A stretch of DNA of 64,000 nt from the human T2T-CHM13v2.0 reference genome, Homo sapiens, in NCBI RefSeq assembly GCF_009914755.1, contig NC_060926.1. One strand, written 5' to 3'. The position numbers and the translations under genes were made by a program. The notes below the pieces were generated by a model, which saw only the letters and a list, made by a program, of their open reading frames with translations, was not told the origin of the DNA and did not search any database. Shown in pieces: positions 56,253 to 64,000 of this stretch. The stretch's first letter is position 1. Each line of letters opens with the position of its first letter.

Positions 56253-57499
56253 TTGCCAGAATTTTGAGCTAGTGATTTTTGCTGTGTATGGCAGAATGGT
56301 GGATGTGGAGCTGTGTGTGAAAGAATGGAAAGTAAATAAGAATTACAAGTATACAGAGAGGCTCTGTTTAATGCTATTGGGGCCTTAATGAAATTAGCTT
56401 CTTCACAGTCCCTCTTCAGTGTTTGTTTTGATGCATCTCTGCCCCTCACTGGCATCTTCAAACCCCATTAACAATCATAGTTTCTGCTGGAATACATGAA
56501 ATGGATCTGTGTGACCATGTCCCGTACCAATCCTTTGCCACTGTACCAAGCAGTGGTAAGCACTCATTTGTCTGGAAAGTACTGGCCATGCCTTGGCAGG
56601 TTTCCGTGAGAACACTGTGAGTCCTCTTGAATTCTCAGATCACTTCCTTTTACTGTCTCATTTTCCTAAAAGGTGACCCATTTGTAAGGCCAGGCAGGAA
56701 AGTATGAATGTTTCATAATGATGTTAAATCTTTCTGTAAAAAATACATATCCTTACTGCTGAACTTCCATAACATGTTTCATTAGGTTTGTACAGTGGAA
56801 ATTAAGCCTGTGTGTTTATGTATTTATGGCAAAAGGAGAAACTAGAAAATTTAGGAATGTACAAAACCTTACAGAAGCTCAGCTAGACATTTTGTTTAGT
56901 GTGCATGTATTCAGTTGTAAGAAATGTGGTCTTCAAAATAATTAAGCCACGTATTTTAAAAGAGCAAGTCATAGGTAGTACCTGTGAGTGATCAGAAGGC
57001 TTTAGATTGTATCCTCAACAACCAAACAGCATATAATTATGTTACTTTTCTTAACTGTTTTCCAGGTATTATTTTTCTAGCTTCACACACACAAAAACTA
57101 TAAACTGAGAAGTCTTACATTGTTTCATTTATCATTTATTGTCATGTAGCTCTTTAAAAACTGATGTCTTTTCTATTCTAATAATTTAATTGATTGCTTC
57201 TGTCTTCATCAGTGACCTTACTAAAGTTCAAAGCAAAAGCTGATGTTTCTGATAATTTTCAGGTGTAAGAGTTGATCTTTGAATTATTAAATTCAAAATC
57301 TGTTGATTACAGAAATATCAATATTGTCACTGAATTATCACTTGATAAATAATGTTAGAAGATACTGAGATATTTATACTTAGGAAAAATTCAGTTACTG
57401 AGATATTTATAAATTGAGTACCTGGCATTTGAAAGGCTTTTAATGCATGGTTAGTTAACTGATAGAGAAACTTACCCACTTAAGTATGTGGCTGAATAT

Positions 57500-58030
57500 C
57501 ATCAGAGACACTTTTCTGTTGCAAGTTACTGAAAACCCAGTCCTAATCTGGCTTAAGCCCAAAATAAGCATTTATTTATTTCTCTTATAGATGTTAAGTG
57601 TAGGAATAGGACGAACTTTAGACATGGCTCGATCACGACTTCAGTAGAAATAATTGAAAACTGGTTCTCTATTACTCAACTCTCCACTATTTGAATGCTG
57701 CCTCGATTTTTAAACAAGCTTTCATTTTTGATTGCAAGATGGCTGTTACAACTCCTGGATGTATACCTGCTCACATTAAATCCAGTCCAAGCAAAACACA
57801 CATTATATCTCATTAACTGTGCTTGGGACAGGGCCCATCATTGAACAAATCACTGTGGCCAAGAGAATGAGATGCTTTTAATTGGTTTCAGCCCATTCTG
57901 GCATGCACCATCAACTCCACTACCGTTACAGAAATGAGACCCCAAATGAAACACATGGGCTAAAAATGGTCAGTTTGGGGTTCCCCAGAGTGGAAAGAAA
58001 AGGGTGAGGAAATTCTGGGCAGCAGAATCA
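57500..58030 (-). mobile_element. Old MLT1-type MaLR LTR
   Basis: gttgcaagttactgaaaaccca...ctggcttaagc...caaatcactgtggcc. Confidence 0.55.
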
Positions 58031-58165
58031 ATCAGTACAAAGGTGCCTTGTGTCATCTAAAGAAATGAAAATTTCTTAGTTCTGCATTTAAAATAATTAC
58101 ATGAGAAGATGCTAATGATGTTTAGCAATAATTATAATTGCTTCTTTTAAAGTAAAACATCCTGA

Positions 58166-58462
<297 letters not shown>

Positions 58463-59059
58463 TAATAGCTTATAATATATAAGCTATGGATAATACACAT
58501 CATTTGAGACATAAATCTAGTTATTAAAATGTATATAATAAAAAATTCCCTTTAATGAAATATATCTTATTCAATGAAAGAAAAATTCAGCATACATTAT
58601 TTCAAATGCATGGAAATTTTGATTTCTTTTAAATTTATTAAATTTTATTTGATCCAAAGCAGGTAAGGTATAGAAAATAGTTATGATTATTGTATAGCTT
58701 TGAAAATTTAATACATTTAAAAATTAAAATTCAGTTTGTATTTTTTTCATAATTTGATGTATTCATTTTTATCCAACTGATGAGAAGTGTCAATAATTGA
58801 GATAGAAAAAAGTTTATAGATTGGAGTAAGCTATTGTAAATATTTGCTATTCTCTGTGTAAAATATAAATATTGAAAATATATGTATTCTAGAGTCAACA
58901 GCACTCATATATTTCTATAAGGCTGTCATAATATAATTTCTATAAGGCTGTCATAATATAAAAGTTAGTGGAACAATGGAATTTTACATTTAAAAATACA
59001 TTCATAAATAAACCCTTTACAAACATCATTTCCCTCTGTACATCCACACTTGTTCCACA

Positions 59060-59357
59060 ATTTTTTTTTTCTTTTGAGACAGGGTCTTGCTCTGTTTCCC
59101 AAGCTGGAGTGCAGTGGCATGATTTTGGTTCACTGCAGCCTTAACCACCAAGGTTCGAGTGATCTTCCTACCTAAGCCTCCCAAGTAGCTGGGACTACAG
59201 GCATGCACCACCACACCCAGCTAATCTTTTTTATTTTTTGTAGGGATGGGGTTTCGCCATGTTGCCTAGGCTGGTCTTTAACTCCTGTGCTCAACAATCC
59301 GCCCACCTCAGCCTCCCAAGGTGCTGGGATTACAGGCATGAGCCACCTCGCCAGGCC
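59060..59357 (-). mobile_element. AluJ
   Basis: gagacagggtcttgctctg...cactgcagcctt. Confidence 0.92.
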
Positions 59358-59559
59358 TGTTCTACCATTTTTACCACTCATTGTAACCTAACTGAAAATC
59401 CACTGTTTAAAATCACCTCAAACAGTCTATAATTCTGATAGTTTCTTTTTTTTTTTTTTCAGATATTTTGTTCATTTCATTTGAGGAACAGCCAGCAATG
59501 AGTGATAACAGGAAATAAGTATTTTGGTTAGATAGAGTTTTGTTTTGCCTGTTGGAGTT

Positions 59560-59946
59560 GATGCTATCAGTGCCCCAGCCAGATGACACTTATTATTCTG
59601 TTACAAACCTGCTTTTCCTACTGCACACATCTGTGACTGCCTGAGGGCATTCCTTGGTTCCAAGAAGCAGACTTGGCCATCACATGGGGCAAGCTGTCAA
59701 CCAATGACAGACAAAAGTTGGTGTGGCTAGGACAACTCTGAGCCAGTGTATGTCCCCAGTGGAACTGAGCTGGAGTTACCACAGTGATAACCTGCTTGTT
59801 AACACATCCTGTACTGGCTCCCTTCCTTCCTGCTGAATTACGCTTCTGTTAGTGATAGGTGCTTCCTGGGATTACTTACCAAATAAACTATTTGCCCTCA
59901 AATTATTATCTCAGGGTCTGCTGCTTGAGGAAGCCAAACTAAGACA
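59560..59946 (+). mobile_element. LTR16-like ERVL LTR
   Basis: gcttcctgggattacttaccaaataaactatttgccctcaaa...ctcagggtctgct...aaactaagaca. Confidence 0.75.
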
Positions 59947-60196
59947 TCAGCCAAGATTTTCCAGATGTAACCTACAGGATGGTGTAAATAAAAGCATTTA
60001 CTAGAATGGTATCTGTACACACTATCACAAATGAAGCTCATGGCGCTGGAGGATGTTCATGGACAAGACTCACTAGATTCAGTGGGAAAGGGTCAGAATG
60101 AACTGTTTCCCAACACTCTATTACCTGCTTTTGAGAGTATTCATTAATAGTTTTGATTATCCTGAGAATGCTGCTATCATTTAAAAAGTTCTAGAG

Positions 60197-60324
60197 CAGT
60201 GCTGCCAAATGGAAATATTCTTCTCTGTCCAACATGTGGCTGTTGTGCTCTTGAAACATGACCAGTGCACTGAGGAAGTTAAATAGCCACATGCAGTTAG
60301 TGGTCACTTTATTAGATTACACAG
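60197..60324 (+). mobile_element. Internally deleted MER3 (hAT-Charlie)
   Basis: cagtgctg...aaatagccacatgcagttagtgg...cacag; 8-bp TSD ttctagag. Confidence 0.8.
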
Positions 60325-61721
60325 TTCTAGAGTTCCATGAGGATAAAAATGTCCTTTCATAAAAGTTCTGTTCTCCTTCTCATTGTTTTTTTCAGTCTTT
60401 TTTCCCTTGCACCATTCTTTTCTCCTCTGACTTGACTTTATCTTAAATGCTGGTGTGTCAGTTTCAACAGTTTGTAAAGCCACTGACTGCACGGAGCTGA
60501 GGGGTGAGGTTGAAGCAGGTACTTCAGAAAGCCAGCCAACTGGTTTTACTGAGTAGTTTGATGTAGTTACTTAACAATTTATATAACATTTGATTTGTGC
60601 TTGCAGTGGATGGCTTACAAGCATGCCAGCCTATAAAATATGTATGGCACTGCTTTGCTCATTTAATATTTGTCTTTCAGGTAATTTAGTACAGTTAATT
60701 CTTATATTTAATTGAAAATTTTCAGTAAGCCACTACTTGGCCTGTTTGACGGCTGAAGCCATTCCAGATGATAAGCAGTCATGATAATGAGGACTCTTTC
60801 TGTGGCTGCCAAGACCCTCCACTCTTGCCTGTCTCCCCTGCTGCCCTCTAGCCCTGTGGCCACCTTTCTTTCCTGCACCTGCCAAGATCACTTCTAATTT
60901 GGAGGCTTTGGACTTGTTTATTCTGCCTGGAAAGTTCTTGAAGGTTCTTCCCATTTGGCTGCAGCTCAGATGTGCCCTCCTCAGAGAGGAGGCCTTTCTT
61001 GACCGCCTAATTATGTGCCTTTTCTAGATTATCATGCACTTACATTTGGGTGGGGGAAAAAACTGATGAGGAGTAAATACATGGGGGCAAAAAAGGATAT
61101 TTGATAGGAATTATTATGAAAAAATATTGCAGACAATATCAGAAATATATTTACTGTGTCTTTGGGGCCCATATGAGTACATGGTGCTGGTAGGGACTTT
61201 GTAAATATTTGTTAAATGAATGAACAAATTTCTAGTTTTGAAGCCAAAGATTCAAAAGTGTAGACCAAAAGCAAATAGATAAAAAGTATACTTTCTCCCA
61301 TCTATTTGTAGAAATACTGTAATTTTAACATCTGTAATAGTTTTATTCTTCATAAATATTCTGGTATATATTATAACTTTGTTTGGCATTGCTAATATTT
61401 CAAAAGCAAAAGAAAGGCACTTTCTGCTCCCTCTCTCCGCCCAGAGTAACAGACATCTATAGATAGTTCCTGATATTTAAGAAAGCGTACTGTAAATTGT
61501 ATTAGTAAATCTTTAAAACCTTAGGCAAAACAATATAACCAATTCTGTTATCTCCCTTTCTCCTGCTTTTCAAGCTTTGAAGTCTAGTATTATATTTAAA
61601 ATCTAAGTTTATATTCTTTCAGTTGTATGAATAATCAAGTATATTAACACAATTTTTATCAAGTAATATTACAGTGATTTTGTTTCATGTTTAATTGCCA
61701 AACCTATCCATTAAAAATTGT

Positions 61722-61829
61722 ACTTTTAATCTGAATGCTTTTTATGTAAGAAGTGCAACTTTTAATCTGAATGCTTTTTATGTAAGAAGTGCAACTTTTA
61801 ATCTGAATGCTTTTTATGTAAGAAGTGCA
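61722..61829. repeat. Perfect 3 x 36-bp tandem repeat
   Basis: acttttaatctgaatgctttttatgtaagaagtgca at 61722, 61758 and 61794. Confidence 0.97.
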
Positions 61830-62219
61830 GCTAGATCTGTGGGTTCTAGCACTCCTTGAAACAGATGGTCTTGGAAAAGAGAGGGTGAGATATTTCAAAT
61901 CTACATCTGCATTGATGGTGTATGATAGAGCCTTTATGGAATATGGTACTATAGTGAGATGGGGTTTTTTTGGTTGTTGCTTTTTAGATTTATAAAAAAT
62001 ATTGAATTGGATTCTAGTGCCCCTTACATCAGATGACTTAGATAACTTAGGCTCATATTGATTTGTCAGTGTTACATTGCATAGCCTATATTTAGACAAT
62101 ATTTTAAAATTACATTTAAAAAATCCTTAATGTGTATTCAGTATCTATTTGATATTAAAATAGATAACCCTTGGTGAAATAGAGGAACTATTTATTTTAG
62201 ACCTATAATAATTAGGTAA

Positions 62220-62444
<225 letters not shown>

Positions 62445-64000
62445 TGAGCTAGGTTAAAATAGTCTGAATATTTTACATATTTGTCAATTGACTAGCTGGA
62501 TGTTTTATCTTAGAACTTGATACAGCTCTAGTTTTTTAGTAACATCACAAATGTATTTGTTAGTGACCAAAATTGACTTCACTTTGATTAATATAATACA
62601 ACCATTGGGCAAATGATGGGAATACACATGTCAAAAAAATAGCATTATTTATTCATTCCCTTACCTTTTTGTAGCACCACCATTTTGAGGTAGAAATAAT
62701 TTTTTAAAATTATCTCTCTTCTTAGAAGTTTGTTTTTGTTTTGATAAGCTCATAATACCTATCTAAAAGCGTGGTTTAAGGCCATAGGGAAATGTATGCT
62801 AGTTTCATGAAAATAAGTAACATTATGTTATTAAGAGATAGAAAAAGTAATTGTTTTTCCAAAGAAACCCCTTAGATACTAGTTTTGTTTTCTGGGTTTC
62901 GCCTCCTAAATAGCAGCTGGAAATATATGTATATTTTCATCCTCAGCTTCCCTTTGTTTTTGTTCATGGGTTCCCATGTAAATAAGGTAGGAGTGTAAGT
63001 TACCAAAAAAAGACAGAAAAAGGAAAATGATCAGCCCACAACTGAAAAGTTTAGAGGTAGGACTTCCTTGGGTGAGTCATGCTACAGTCTAGATAGTTTC
63101 ACAGGGCTTGGGCTTGGTTTCTCTCCTCCTTCACTCTCATCTGTTTGCTCTGTATTAGCACCTTTCTAGGATGGGATTTCCCTTCAGACTGACAAGAAGG
63201 CTGTAGGTGCTCTAACGTTATACTTTGCCAGGTTGAAGGCCAGTAGAGATTTTCTTAGGAGCTATATATAGCAGAAGCCCTTGGACTCACTGTAGTTGTA
63301 GAGTGGAGTTTGCATGCCCATCTTAGAACCTGTCTTTGTGACCTGCAAATTGAATGCACAGATTTATTTAGACTTTAGGTCACATGTTGAAGCTGGATGG
63401 GACCCTAAACTGATCATGTTGGCTGAGAATAGGGCGCAATAGATCCTCAAAACTTGAAATGGGATTTCCTGTTAGGTAATAAGGCCCCCAAAACACATAC
63501 GTTTTCACTATAGAGAATATAAGCAGTAATATATCTATGTTTTAAAGAAAGAGTGGAAACTATATAACCACGGTAGTATGCTACTGAAATCATTAGATTA
63601 AGAACTCTAAGATTTGGAATCTAGTCTGTTTACCAGCAGTACTACTTGGAATAAGTCATTTAACTTATTTGGGCCTCAATTTCCTGATTTGTTGAATGAG
63701 GAAGTCGTGTTAAGGCACTTAAAAAAAGAATATCTGCTGTTTGAGTCCTAGTTGCTGATTGTTCTTTCTGGCCAAGGCATTTATCTCTAATGTACCTTTC
63801 AGTGACAACATTTTTTGAATTGATTTATCACTGATGTAACACTTGTGGACTATTTAAAAGCAATAGATTAAATTATTCTCATTTTCCAGTTTCTCTACCT
63901 TATTAAAATACTTTTTTACATGTTATAGATAATTCACTATAATAAATCAATAAACCATAATACAAATATACACCAAACTCAAATAGCTTTGTTATGCTAT

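Noticed and set aside
61704-62099. 131-aa antisense ORF with a repeated 12-aa motif; 36-bp repeats of CRISPR-like length
   Set aside because: By-product of the spacer-less 36-bp triplication; no protein similarity recognised

Overview
Primate (very probably human, 2q32.1) genomic DNA holding the 5' part of FAM171B on the + strand. It includes a CpG-island promoter (~5.0-5.75 kb), coding exon 1 (signal peptide plus a 15-Gln tract), a 45.8-kb first intron and coding exons 2-5. All these exons have GT-AG junctions and splice into one continuous frame; the gene runs off the 3' end. The rest is ordinary interspersed repeat (Alu, L1, L2/MIR, MaLR/ERV1/ERVL solo LTRs, Tigger/Charlie relics) and microsatellites. 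Repeat family names are from recalled consensus sequences and their boundaries are approximate. I found no evidence of a novel multi-gene system, CRISPR array or RNA gene, and nearly all ORFs in the track are repeat-derived noise. The best leads are an out-of-frame overlapping uORF across the start codon, the extracellular polyQ allele, a candidate poison exon, a perfect 3x36-bp tandem repeat near exon 5 and a nested LTR-in-LTR with an internal tandem array.
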